NCBI RefSeq assembly: GCF_009914755.1
Contig: NC_060942.1
DNA length: 64,000 bases
Reading direction: 5' to 3' (one strand)
DNA from: the human T2T-CHM13v2.0 reference genome, Homo sapiens
Translations under genes and position numbers: made by a program
Notes under the pieces: model-generated
What the model was told of the DNA's origin: nothing
Database searches by the model: none
What the model saw: only the letters and a program-made list of their open reading frames with translations
Shown: positions 31,480-47,485 of the stretch, one piece after another
Layout of the letters: each line of letters opens with the position of its first letter
Numbering within the stretch: the stretch's first letter is position 1

Positions 31480-32180
31480 ATGCGGGATCACTGAACATTT
31501 GAAGAAACCCAGACATGAAAGAACAAAACAAAGAAACTCACAGGGACAGAGAAAGCTCAGGAAGCAGGAGGAAATATACATATATAGATAGATATTCTTA
31601 AAGTTATGAAAAAAAAAAATTTCCTCCATGAAACAACTGATCTTAAAAAAATAGGAGCATTCAGATAACTAAAACTACTCTGGGAAATTAACATTATGAT
31701 AGCAAAAATAAAACATGCAATAGAAGGATTGGAAGATAAAGTTGGGGACAGCTCTCAAATAATAAGGTTAAAAAGCAAAGAGATGCAAAATAGGAAAAAA
31801 AAAGGATACAAAAATAAAGTCAGAAAAGAGATAAAAATTTCCTTGGTAGGAGTTTCAGAAACAAGGAACAGAGAAAATTGAAAGAGAAATATCAAAGACA
31901 TAATGTAAGAATATCTCTCCAAACTGAAAGGTAAGAATTTTCAGAGCAAAATTTCCTGTTGAGGGCACAGCACAATGAATGGGAAAAGACAAGTATCAAA
32001 GAATATCTTTATAACATTTCAAAATAACACAGATACAAAAGAAGACTCTAAATGTTTCTACAAGGAAAAAATAGGTTATATGTTTCCAGAAGGAGAATTC
32101 AAATACCTTGAAGACAATGGGGCAAAGCTTTCATGCTTTTGAGGGCAAATTATTTCCATTCTAGAAATATAAACCTAGTC
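31480..32180 (+). mobile_element. HAL1 / old L1 ORF1-like relic
   Basis: ORF 31696-31881 'IKHAIEGLEDKV...ISLVGVSE' resembles the L1 ORF1 coiled-coil/RRM boundary. Confidence 0.65.
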
Positions 32181-32584
32181 TGAAATTCAATTAGAAATGA
32201 AAAGGAGCTAAATGCACTCTTCCCCAGGAGTTCTCTAGGCTTTCACTGCAACCTCACCTGGAGTTGCAAAACCCTGTGTGATTTAGGCTCTGCTTGATGC
32301 ACTGAGAAGGATGGCAGAAATCTTATCTCAGAAGGCCCTGTGAGCTGTCTAGAGATCAACACCAACTTTGCAAGTCTGAAGTTCATAGATGTTACCTTAC
32401 ATTTTTGAGATGAGAATATTTATACATGCCCAGCTTTCTATTTCTGTGTTCTCCTGATGCTTCAATAGTAAGTCAACATTGCTGTTTAAATATAAACTCA
32501 TTAGACTAGACCAAGCCCCAGAGGAGACGGGGAGATGTGGCAAGGGGACAGTGCTCCTTCACAGGAACCCAGCACGGAGTCTCA

Positions 32585-32917
<333 letters not shown>

Positions 32918-32948
32918 CTATTGACTGGCCAAGTTAATAACATATTCA

Positions 32949-33182
<234 letters not shown>

Positions 33183-33313
33183 TTATCTTTTCTAGTCTGA
33201 GAATCATTCTAAATGATAGGGAAAACATGTACAAACTTCAGTGGATTTTTTTAAAGGAGGGTTTTCTGATATCTTGTCCTATGCTATTTAAAATTCTTCC
33301 TTCTTGTATCTCT

Positions 33314-33592
33314 CTTTTTTGGGGTTTGTTTTTTTTTTTGGCTTTTGTTTTGTTTGAGACAGAGTCTCTCTCTGTCGCCCATGCTGGAATGCAGTGGCAT
33401 GATCTTGGCTCACTGTAACCTCCACCGGGACCACAGGCATGTGCCAACACACCGGCTAATTTTTGTTTTCTTTTGTAGAGATGAGATTTTGCCATGTTGC
33501 CCAGGCTGGTCTCGAACTCCTGGGCTGAAGTGATCCACCTGCTTCAGCCTCCCAAAGTGCTGGGATTACAGGCATGAGCCTCATGCCTGGAC
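33314..33592 (-). mobile_element. Alu with an internal deletion
   Basis: TSD cttcttgtatctct; junction 'ctccacc|gggaccacagg'. Confidence 0.92.
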
Positions 33593-33998
33593 TTGCTTCT
33601 TGTATCTCTAAAAATGTTTTTTTATTTTGCTTTGTTTTCAGACTTATTGCAATTTAGCACATTCTGAATATTGGCCTTTCTAACAATATTTTTACAGGCC
33701 TGGGCTATCCTTCTAAATCTATTTTTGATTAGGCTTCCTTTTTTTTTTTCTTTGTTCTATATTCATGCTTTTAAAATGTGAGCTCACTGAAAACACATTC
33801 ACAGTTTGGGGGACTTCTGGCTATTCTCTTATCAGAATCACTAATGATTATATTGATGTAATTTTGGCTTCTGAGAGGTTCCCATTCACTGTATTTGTCA
33901 GCAGACGTAGAAACAAAGAAATGGTTAATAGCGCTCTGCAGACTCTCTGTAACCTCATGCAGGCTGTAGGATGTAGCAAACCTCCTGATGGCTGGTGA

Positions 33999-34335
<337 letters not shown>

Positions 34336-34417
34336 CAGAACAGTTTCTATTTTTTCTGTTTTTTTCTATGCATCATAGCCTGCTGCTTCCCAGAAGTTTA
34401 GGATCTACCCTTTGTGG

Positions 34418-34530
34418 CAGTGGTTCACAACCCTGCCTGCACATTTTAATCACCCAGGCAGCTTTTAAACTATACTAGTGCTTGGGCCTCACCTCAGGCT
34501 AATAAAATCGGTATCTCTGAGGGCTGTGGC
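34418..34530. mobile_element. MER5-type hAT MITE
   Basis: 'cagtggttcacaaccctgcctgcacattttaatcacc'. Confidence 0.7.
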
Positions 34531-34569
34531 TGTACTAGAATGCCAGACAGACCATCATCCTGATGGCTT

Positions 34570-35035
34570 TGTGACTGAAAGAACAGCACCCTAGGAAACG
34601 GGCGTTATTTGTTGTAACTTTAGTTCTGCTGCGTATGAACCATGCAACCGTAGACAAGTTCCTTACTTAATAGAGTGGAATGGTTAATAATATGATTCCC
34701 AGAATCCAGTAAGCCCGGTGTGCATCCTGGCTCTGCCACTTACAAGCTGCGTGACCTTGGGCACGTGATTTAACCTCTTCCAAACTGTGAGCGTTAATAA
34801 CATTATCTACTCATTAAAGTTTTGAAAGGATTCAATGGGATAATGTATGTAAAGTACTACAGTGACTGAGTAAATACTAAATGTTAAAAATGTCTTAACA
34901 ATTGTTGCTCATTTACTTTATTTTCACATGGAAGTGAGAATAATAATAAAACCTACCTCATAGGGTGGTTCCAAAAATTAAAGGAAATGAAAGATTCCCA
35001 ACATTATACGTAGCCCATAGTAAACACTCAAAAGG
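34570..35035 (+). mobile_element. MIR apparently nested in another MIR
   Basis: Inner 'cctggctctgccacttacaagctgcgtgaccttgggca'; the outer element resumes at 'aataaaacctacctcatagggtgg'. Confidence 0.7.
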
Positions 35036-35080
35036 CTGCAGTTGTGATTACTCATGAGCATATGAAAAGCAGCAAAATGC

Positions 35081-36432
<1,352 letters not shown>

Positions 36433-36584
36433 GTAATACTCAAATTAATTCTTGGAAGTGAAAAGCACTGCTGATAAAAAAAAGACTAACACTCTGTAAA
36501 TGTAAGGTATGTGTGTACGTATATAATTGATTTATAATACAGATGTAGAAATGTATTGTGAGTTTCAATTTGCCAATCCCTTTC

Positions 36585-37077
36585 TATGGTAGGTTGAATA
36601 ATGTTTCCCTAAAGGTTCACATCCTAATTCCCAGAACCTGAGTGTATGTCACTTTATATAGTAAAGGAAACTTTTCAGGTGTGGTAAAGGAAACTTTTCA
36701 GGTGTGGTAAAGGAGACGGTGAGATTATTCTGGATTATCTGGGTGAATCCAATATAATCACAGGGGTCACTGTAAGAAGAAGACAGAGTGATCGGAGTAA
36801 GTAGTAGGAGATGTAATGATGGAGCACAAAGTTGAATTGGAATAAGGAAGGGGCTTTGAGCCAAGGAATACAAATGGCCTCTACAAGGTGAAAAAGGCAA
36901 ACAAATGAATTCTCCCTGAAACCTCCAGAAAGAACCAGCCCTGCCAACACTTTGATTTTAGCCCCAAAAGAATCATTTAAGGCTTCTGACATCTAGAACT
37001 ACAAGAGAATAAATTTGTGTTCTTTTAAGCCACTAAGTTTGTGTACTTTGTTACAAACAGCAATAGGAAATGAATAT
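36585..37077 (+). mobile_element. MLT1D-type LTR
   Basis: 'ggtaggttgaataatg', 'gagattattctggattatctgggtg', 'cagcaataggaaa'. Confidence 0.85.
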
Positions 37078-37571
37078 ATTTCCCTTGAAGTCAAGGAAAA
37101 TGAAAAGTAAAAATCAAGATGGTTGACCTGCTGACTGCTTTGGGGCACAATATGTTCATGACCTTTATTTACTGGTATTTATTTTTTTTCTGAAGTAGAG
37201 ACATAAATTGATTGAATGGATTTTTAGTTTTTAATTCTTCCAAGAAAGAAAGGAGTTGCAAATTAATTGAATATTTGTTGAAGACTTAGTCTATGCAAAA
37301 TTGTGTGTACATACTATCTGGTAGAAATAAAATTGGATAGCAAATATTACACATTTTTATACAATGGGAATTTGAATGGATATAACCTGATTATCTCAAC
37401 ACAATGTCAAAAATACAAATCCATATTGTTTCCTGGTACCTACCAATATAGTTATTTAAGAGTACCAAAATCCTCAAAAACATATTTTTAAAAATGATTC
37501 ATTGTAATAAAGGAGATCTTTGTTGATAGTAGGGAATTATGTGGTTGTTTTGACTTTGTTACTATGTAGGT

Positions 37572-37754
37572 ATGGTTGCCAGATTTAGTACATAAAAACA
37601 CAGAGCACACAGTTAAATATGAATTTCAAAAAAACAACAAATAATTTTATAAGTATGCATATAATATTTGTAGAATATTTATACTGAGGAAAAATAATTG
37701 TTTATCTGAAATTCAAATTTAATGGGGCCTCCTATATTTTATCTGGCAACCCTA
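37572..37754. mobile_element. MER53 palindromic hAT MITE
   Basis: TIRs 'ggttgccagat'/'atctggcaacc'; internal inverted 'tgaatttca'/'tgaaattca'. Confidence 0.85.
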
Positions 37755-39592
37755 GTTGTATAGCTATTGGTAAAACCAGTATGTTAACATTTATGAAAAT
37801 CACATCAGAAGAGAGAACTGTAAAATAAAGATCACTTTAATCCTACTAAACATAAGCTTCTGCTGAACCAGAAATGACCATTTATATGATCAGATACCAC
37901 TGTACATTTGGTCAATTAAACTGCAAATTGAGGCTATTTTTCCTGATGAACATACTTCAGAGATGGATGAAACTCATGAATAATGGATTAATGGTGAAAA
38001 ATGATATATGGGTTTTAATGACACTGTTACATAAGTAAATCAGTGAAATTTGAAGCAGGAAAAAGAATTAATGGTTGTATAATTATAAGATGCTCCATGG
38101 ATTATGAAACAGCACGACATCTCCTTAGGGGAATTTGGCCCACAGGGTCATTTCTAGGAAGTATTGGGGCACACATAACCATATTATATGCTTCCTTCTC
38201 TTCCTAACCGTCCATTTTATACAGCTGAAATCTAGTTAAATAAATTTCCAAGGCTGTCTGGGGAAAAAAGAAAGGTCACAAAAAGGTAAAGGAAGAATAG
38301 CCTCCTCATTTGCTTTAGAAATTTGGGGGAGAGAGTGTAGAGTGAGGGTATTGTTGTCCAATGTAGCAATAACCAACAGGGAGAGGAAGAGAAAAAAATT
38401 TGAATAAACCCCTTTATTTTCTCTTGCATTTCTCCTGCAACGAGCCCCTCTAAGACAAATGACTGATGCCATCTATGGTCTAGAGATGGCTTCAAACATG
38501 AAATCAAGAAACTGTAAAGTATGACCAGCTGTAGTTTTTACCAGATGTCAGAGTTCCAGTAGTTACAGATTTTAGGGAGCAAGAGACCAGTCAATTGGTA
38601 ATTTGCAAATAATAGATATATCTTGACCATCAACAATGTTCAAAAGAATTATTCCAAGATGTTTCCAAGCATCAGTTCATAAAATGCACTTGTTTTCGTG
38701 TGCTTTTTGATGTTCTCTCCTAACCTTCTCCCCCTTCACCCTCAGCACCCTGGACACAGCAAGCACATGTCAGGCCCAAGTCATAGCCCTTTCTCTGGAG
38801 AGTGCCTTTTTAAAAGCCAGCCATGCTTCCTACTACTTTCCAATTCACCATCACCAGTACTGAGAACCTAGAGCTAGTCCTCATTTGCATTTTTTAAAAT
38901 TATTCTTCTCCATAAAAATATAATTTTGCTCAGGTCTGTGGCTCTATGAAACAGATGTCAAGTGAATTAAATGAAAGTTTTGCTCTTAATAAATACATTT
39001 GAATGTAATAAACTGTCTTATAATTTTGATATATTGGTCATCAATTTTCAAGTTTGAGAGATAACCATACTTAAATTGTCTCAGATTGATGAAAATAAAA
39101 TATGCTTTTCATTCACAGAGGAAACATAAAAGATTAATGATTTGAAGGAAAGCTAAAGCATAGAAAAAGCAAAACCCTACAAGTGGTTAAGAGTTAAACA
39201 AAACTATGAATGACCGCAGTGTGATTACAGTTTATCATACTTAGTTCTAAAGCTAAAAATGAATGTAAAATTATATAATAGATGCCACGTTATTGATATT
39301 TTTCCTTAATGAGGTAGTCTTTTTTTACTATCAAAAATAATCTTGTATTAAAAGCTTGAAATTGTTTTACTTAAACTTCTATGAGAGTAGTTTCTTTGAC
39401 GTAATCATTTGAGAGGAGGGTGTCTAAGGAGCAAAGAAGTAAGGGTAAGGTTAATATATTATTACTCAAGAAAAGACCAGAAGCCGTAAAGACTTCCCAA
39501 TGTGTCTCTTAGAACTAATATTTTATACAAACATATTTATAGATATTGTGCTTGTTTTACTTTAACAAGTTCTATGAAAAAGTATTTGCTCA

Positions 39593-39959
<367 letters not shown>

Positions 39960-40289
39960 TCACCGTTATAAGTCATTTTATCATCTTAGGCTACACATAA
40001 ATAAATCATTTCTTTGCTTCATTGCCTTCTATTACAATTCCCTGAAGTTCATTATCCAATGGAGTGCTGCTACATTTTTTAATACCAGGCATTTTAATGT
40101 TGAGTTGTCAGCAATTAGTCTATTTTTTTTCCAGTTAACAAATCTGGATATATATCTCATACAAAATTTACACAGATATTTCAAGTAGGAGTAGACCACA
40201 AAAATTACATTTAACCTGAAAATATCATTTTACTAATATCCCTTTCCCAACACTCTCATTCACTTTTTAATGATATCTTAATTAATTTT

Positions 40290-41420
40290 TCAACTATTTA
40301 TTGATAAATCTTTAAAACTTAATTTTAAAAAAGAATAGTATTGTGAGCACCCCCACTGCACACATTAGGATATTTTACCTTGATTTTAGTAAGCATCTCC
40401 TAAGAAAAGGATATTCTTCTGTATGATGATGATACCATTATCATACCTAGGAAAATAAGCAGTAATTCCCTATTATCATCTAATGCTCAATCTATTTTCA
40501 GATTTCCTTAATTTTCTGCAAAATTTTTTCATCACCAGTTTTATTTTAGTTCTTAGTTTCAAATTTAATGTAATATTTGTGCTAAGTGAAAATTCTGAGC
40601 CAATCCTTTATGTGAATATATAAATATATATCCTATTTTGTTTATGTATAAAGTCTTGATTATATCCAACTAAGACATTTCTGGCCGTTTTATAGGTTAT
40701 GTGTGTACATCATATTGCATCCCGTCAAGAGGCACGTAATGTTAGATTATTGATCATTTCATGTAAGGCAGATACAGCAATATCACTCTATTGTGGGTAC
40801 TTGTAAACTTTGTGATTAGCAAATACAGTGAGTCCACTATAATTTAGCAGATGTGGTACTAAAAATCATCAGGTATGAAAAATTGCAAAACAAAAACCAC
40901 AGGTTTTATGGGGAAAATCAGGTTAAAGACACAACACAAAAACTTCACCAATTACACATTTTTTTAAAAAGCAGGAGCCCAATAAAAATGACAGCACAGT
41001 TTTACACATGTTAAATGGTAAATAAATACATGTAAACTATATAAATAGGGCACTTTCCCCTGAAGAGACCTGAAGTTTGCACGTAGAAGCGGGTGACAGG
41101 ATGACTCTTCCGGATTAAATCAGGTATAAGCAAGTGCAAAATCAGCATTGTGTTCAAATTGTTCCCTAATATATTTATATAGAAGTAAATTGTGGTATTA
41201 AAACAAGCTGTAGAAGAACATCATCTGTGGGTTAATACTTTGACACCCTATGAATATCCTATTTCTCAACACCCTTTCTCTTATTGGTTTTAGTATCCAT
41301 TGATTATCCCTGTCTGAGTCAATTACTGCAACGGCAGTTGCAAAATGGTGACTTTCTAATTCCATCAATCCTTCTACATTTATGAGCTGACATTGGTCTG
41401 CAGAAAGAGACTTTCCACTT
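40290..41420 (-). mobile_element. L1MC-type 3' UTR relic, split by MER82
   Basis: 'ctcctaagaaaaggatattcttc', 'gttgcaaaatggtgactttctaattc'. Confidence 0.65.
40826..41220. mobile_element. MER82-type TcMar-Tigger element, internally deleted
   Basis: 'aaaaaccacaggttttatggggaaaat', 'cacagttttacacatgttaaatgg', 'tcaaattgttccctaatatat'. Confidence 0.7.
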
Positions 41421-41449
41421 CCGTATGGGCGATGGTCTCAGTATTACCC

Positions 41450-42300
41450 TTTGTACTAGGCACAAGTCTAGTCCTTCTTCTTTTGGGGCTGTCCTTGAAA
41501 TGTTTTAAAGCCATGATTTTGGATTCCCTCAGTCTTCTTGACTCCCAATTTCTTTAACTGTCCCTCAGATCACATGCTTTAAAATTATTTCACTGTCCTG
41601 ATCACTTTCGTTTGAATAACCTCCGATAGCACATAGACAATATAACTTTTCAGATGGGATTTGATGGAATAGATTGAGAAAGCTGCCTTTCTCACTCTGG
41701 ACATTACCCTTCTTTTCTTGCAGCTCAAGGGCAGCGTAGCTTTGCTAAGAGTCACATCTTGCTGTTGACTCATATTTTCACTACAATTGCTGAGCTACAT
41801 TTCCTCCAATCTCACTTGTTCATTTTCTTTTAGGACCAAATATCATGAACTTACTGTGTTAAATCTCATCATAGTAGATTCAACCCAATTGTGCAGATCT
41901 TTCTGTTACTCAGTTTTCTATGCTGGCTATAAATCTACGGAGCTTCATATTTTCATCTAAGTCATTAATAAATTTGATCAGCAAAGGGCCAAGGACACAG
42001 TTTGCCCTTGATTATGGTCATTTTGACATGTGCTGATTATGGTCATTTTCACATGTCCTGATTATGATCATTCACCGAGGGCTCAATCTATCACACTGTT
42101 CTTGCCTCCAGCTAACATTTCTTCCTTTAATCCTCAAAGATATGATATGAGAGACGTTGTCACATGCTTTGCTGAAGTTCAAATACCCTGAGTCTACATT
42201 TTGCCCCTTAATTACCCCTTTAGTCACACTGTCTAAAAAAGAAATAAGACTACTGTGGCGTCACATGGTTTTGGTGAAGCCATCACACAGCCTGCACAGC
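41450..42300 (-). mobile_element. L3/CR1 LINE relic
   Basis: The reverse strand reads GFTK...LISFLDSVT (~42222-42283) and YLNFSKACD (~42159-42186), matching CR1 RT motifs. Confidence 0.8.
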
Positions 42301-44937
42301 CTTGTGATCCCGGCTTCACTTTCAAGGAGCTTACAAACTGCTGAGTATCAACCAACTCATTCATCAATGCAACAAAAGCAACTGTTTTCAAGAAGTGAAA
42401 ATGAAATATTTTTAGGAAGAATTACCTTAAAATTAAAATAAAATATGAATTTATAATGCTTGCTTATTTAAAATTTTTAAAATTTTGACTGTGCTTTGAC
42501 CATGGATGAATGTTACAGAATTATGAAAATATAATAAATGGCAGTATGCCTACTTGATTCTAAAAGAAGACTTTTCCTTTAAGTTTTTGATGCACTGTCT
42601 TAAGTTTAATTTTTTAACGTATTTTGAACAAATTCCCATTATTGTAAAGGATTTACAGTTTTTTAAAGGATAAAATGTTGAAGTCAGTTTTATTCCCCAA
42701 ACCTGCTTTTAAAATTTTTACATCATTAGTTTGTAACACTGGCTATGAAGCCTCATTAAATAACATTTCAACATTACTGACTTTATGTGATGTTTGCTAG
42801 GTCTATAAATCTACCTAAACAGAGAAAGGAGAAATCAGTTAACAGAGTTCAACCAAAGGGATCAATCAGTAATTTTATGGCAGGCGATCCTGAAAATGGA
42901 TTGATCTGTGTTAAAATTCTAGCATTTGCAGTTAGGGAGAAATTCGTGCAGTTGAGTCTATGTAGCATTATTTCATAAAACTAAAATATGAGTGAGAAAA
43001 AGTGTGATGACTAATTTTGTATAAACTTAGAACTCTAAAGAAGTGTTTTTGGCAATACATTTTACTAGACCTATGACAACACTATCTTTGTCTTTGAATT
43101 GATATAGGAAAATCAGTCTGTAGCACAATTCTCAGATTTCTCTGGTGAGTTAGTACTTCTGAAAACCAACAGAAGAAGTTATGTGATTAAAATTTTAGAG
43201 ACATATATATGTACTCATTCTGATGCATCTAAGTGTTTGTTCTGTTTATTTTAGGATGTTAAGACAGTTAAAGAGCTAACACCCGAGCTTAAGAATCTTG
43301 AGACATAATGTGACTATGTAAATCACTTAGTAGTATATCATATGTATAATATATAATCCTTTCATAGTAGAATGTCAGGCATCTAATCCAAGAAAAATAA
43401 TATGCTTAATGTTATCACAATATGTGGAAGCATAATTTCAATGTTACAAAGTAGAAAACATTGAAATCAACTTACATCAATTCAAGAACTAATAGCATCA
43501 ACCCTATTTAAAAGAGGATAATTTAATTACTTTGTTTCCTGGAAAGGGAAACAAGCACTTTACCTTTGATTTATTTCATGGAATACCACAAGGGATTCTG
43601 AATCTAAATATTACTTGGTAATTTTCTTCTTATGTTGAAATATCAATCTTTTTTCTAAAATGTCCAATACTGTAATTGTTACATTAATCAAGAAATAAAA
43701 CCCATAAGGCAAATGATTTCCTTCTCTTCACATTGAAAACAGAATATAAATCGTCTGCTTCTTTTCAGTGATTTTTAAAAATCTAGATAATCACTATATA
43801 TTTTTAAATCGAGATAATATTCTAGTATTATTGTTTATCATGCTAACCTATATTTTAGGGAATTACGGGATATATATTATACAAATGAAACCAATTGGTT
43901 AGTAATAAACTACACAAAATATATTTTATTATGGAGAGTTTAACATTAATTTCAGCTGACCTTCCTATGAATTTATTTATTTCTCCTCCCTTCCTTCACT
44001 CCATCTAAATAAACTCTATGTTAATTACAAACTGAGCTCTGGCTCAGGAAATTACTGATCCTGCTTTTTATCTATTTGTAGTGAGTTACCTAGAACTATA
44101 AAATTAGTGGAATAGAGCACTGTCCAGGTTCCATGCCAATTACTTTTAAAATGAACCTCTTTTAAAATGAACACTGTGCTAATATGTGTATTTGATTTAG
44201 AAAATGATTTGTAAAATTAGAAGAAAACCTTGGCTTAGCTTTTGTAATGCCCTAACAATCCAAGTCCATTATCTTCCTCGGATTGATGAGTTCCACTGTG
44301 AATGGCATTTAATTAAATAAGGTAATGCATGTTCTTATTAATATGAATGTTCTTATTTATCTTATATGAGGGCGTTCACATAGTAAAGAAAGTCAGATTA
44401 TAATGGTTACATTAAAAATATTTTTCAGGCTGGTGAATTCAAAAGGGTTTTGAAATGTAATTGCTCTCTATACATTTTTTTCTCATAACTTTTTTCTCAT
44501 AATTATCTCATAATTATTTTGTTCTAAATTAATTTCATAAATTGATAAATTAAGCTTCTAATTTTTTTCTCATCTATTTTTAGATAAACAAAAGGTATTT
44601 GATTCTTAGATATGCTGGTCATGTTTGTTTTACTTACTTTTACAAAAATAAACTTTCCCCCCTTTTTAATATAAACATATTTGTGTATAATTCACAGTAT
44701 TAAGTGATCATAAAAGCAAAGACATTCCTGGAAAAGAAAATCCTGACATAATTTGTTCTGAATGTTAACATCTAACATTATGTCACATTTTCTATCAGAA
44801 ATAGATATCAGATAATGCATATACTCTATGAATTAGAGTCTTAGCTTTGACAAGTAAATTCCAAATAAGAAAGAAAATAGGAATGTAGCCATTTCTGGAA
44901 TATAAAAAACATTTAGATTAATTAGTATCCTTTCACA

Positions 44938-44963
44938 TACACAGACACACACACACACACACA
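44938..44963. repeat. Imperfect (CA)n
   Basis: Direct reading. Confidence 0.85.
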
Positions 44964-45717
44964 TGCAAAATAAATGACATAATAATGGATTTCAAATTAT
45001 GGAAAAATTTATATTAAGAGAACATGGAAAAAATGTCTATTTGCAATAAATGTTACAATAAAAAAATGGGCTCAGGTGGAGGGTATTTTTATTGGCCCAA
45101 TGAAAGAAGGTTTTTACTTTCCACTGATAAACAATGGAAAGGAAGTTGCTTACTAGAAGTAGTTTATCAGAAGAATAGATAACAGAAGAAGTTTTCTGAC
45201 CGATTTAGACATTCATTTAACTAGAAAGAAAAAAGAAGAAAGAGAAAGGGTAGTTAAGGAAAAAAAAGGAAAGAATGGAATTCATGGATCAGTGAAATGT
45301 ACAGGTCATTTAAAATTATAAGTTAAACAATTTTTAAATATTTTCATAGAAACCTAATAATTATTATACAATAGTTTGAGAAATAACAGAAGAGCCAATT
45401 TGATTTTAGTTTAATTTACAAATCATAGCCTCTGTGGGATGCTAATGGCCTCAAAGCAGGCATCCAGATTGATGTTAATTAGTTAATTATGTTCTCAAAG
45501 GAATACAATTTCAGAGTGTTATTTCTAAGATATTTTAAAAGGTAATGAGGCTCTGAAATTATAGTTGAAATGGCATTAATAAAGAAGAAAAACCAATGGC
45601 AGAAAGTATTAAAACATCTAATGTACATATGTGAAGATAAAAGAATGATGGTATAAGTATGTCAGAGTTTGATGGGAGACACAGACCCACTCTACATATT
45701 ATTTATTATACAAATAT

Positions 45718-46280
45718 TGTGTGTTACAAGAATTGACCTAATACCACCATGGGAAAGGGTTGGGCAGTCGCTGTAGGACTGTAGTCTTTCTGTCTGGTGT
45801 TTGACCTTCAGTCTGCAGGTCCACAGGCAGGAAGGGAAAACAGATGGAAAGTGGAAAAGAATAAAGGAAACTGGAACCCATGGGCATAAGCTGGAGCCCA
45901 CAGAGACAGACTGGAGCCTGGTGAGTCTTGTCTCTGCCAACGCCGATGACGTGGGTGTCCTGCAGGGGAAGCTGGCATTTTTGTTTTGGAGCTGAACACA
46001 CATGTGGCCCAAGCATCAGAGAAGCTATGGGAGGATCTGGGGTTGACAGAACAGCTGCAGGCCCAGGTACTTCCCACACCAGTGAGGGCAGCCAGCAGGC
46101 AAACGCCAATGGGCACGAGTTGCCACAATATCTGGTGCCTCCACAGATCCTCGAGCCTAAAATTTACTCTACTTCCCCTTTTCAAATATATCTGTGACCC
46201 ACACTAACTAGAAACATACAGGGACGAGAATTTTGGAAAATGTCGTCCAGCCTAGCCAAGTTAGCATATTGCCAGGCCAT
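45718..46280 (-). mobile_element. Old ERVL-class LTR (MLT2-like terminus)
   Basis: 'ttttggaaaatgtcgtccagcctagccaagttagca' terminus; subfamily uncertain. Confidence 0.55.
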
Positions 46281-46409
46281 CGGAGTATGCTTAGGGATTA
46301 ACCAGGAAATGAGATGACAGCATGGTTCTAAGATGTAAGCTCCAATTAAATGCCTCCAAGCTACAGACTTGCATCGCATCCACTTGCGTGCCGTATGAAG
46401 AAAAGGTGC

Positions 46410-46905
46410 TGTGTCAATCAGAGTGCTGGCAGAAACAGAAGGCAGTCCTAAAGGGTTTAACCAAAGAAAGCTTGGGAAAGCAGCCGACCACAGAGTGGTG
46501 AGCCAAAATAAAGACACTAACTAGGGATAACAAAGCACCCATGAACTGGCAACAGTGGGAAGCCATTACCACCCACAGGCTCCAGGCAGCAAGAGGAAAG
46601 AGCAGCTCCAGTGAGCCATGGAGGGTGACAGAGGGAGATCTCAACAAAGCCTAAAGCGGAGGAAGGCAGCCTCTGTCCAACCTGCACCTAGCAAAGAGGG
46701 GGCAAAGGGAATCAAACACCCCAAATTCTTTCTGCTCTGGATCTTCCATCACATACTATTTACCATCATTGCTAAACCCACATGGACGCCAGCAGGCAAG
46801 GAAGCCCCAGGCAATGCCATCCATAGACAGCAGCCTCCTAGACCACAGAGTAGAGTGGAGATGAGTGAAGGGTGGATTGGAGTGAGAAACAGAGTAAGCA
46901 GCACA
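46410..46905 (-). mobile_element. LTR33-type ERVL LTR
   Basis: 'catccatagacagcagcctcctagaccacagagtagagtggag...cagcaca'. Confidence 0.7.
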
Positions 46906-47485
46906 CACAATCCATCTCAAGTAAAATGACCTCCTTTCATAAGCACACACGGTTTTTAAGTGACATTTGCTGCTTCTGCTGAAAATCTTACTAGTCAATA
47001 ATGCAATTTTGTAAATATTATTTAGGGATCAAATTTCTAGGAAATACTAAATCACTCAAAATGTAGTGTTGTTCCAAAGAGTCTGCTCCACCAGTTTCAT
47101 TGTTTTTTCTTTGCTGTTTAATGTCATGCTCTCTCAGGCACCAGGATAATACTTGTGAGCAAGTGCGGACTCTACGAGTGCACCCTCCCCACTGCTTGAT
47201 GGGCTTGCAACTCACCAGCTATAGGGTCCCAGCTCCCTTTCCCACTCTCCAGTCCTCCACCCACCAAACCCATGCCCCCTGCCCTAGCTAAGGATGTTAA
47301 GTTGAGGCAACACCTCCTCTTCCCATGGGCCTGGTGACACCACCCACAGTGGACCCGTGATCCCTAAGGCTATTGCAACTTCCATTCAGGAACAAGTGAG
47401 TTACCTGGAAAGAGGGTGGGCAGATCTCTCCTCCCCTCCTGTCACCCTGAATGAACCATGAAGCTGACTGTCCAACGTGGGGGCA

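Noticed and set aside
45692-46998. Dense overlapping ORFs on both strands
   Set aside because: GC-richer old LTR sequence with few stops and no recognisable domain
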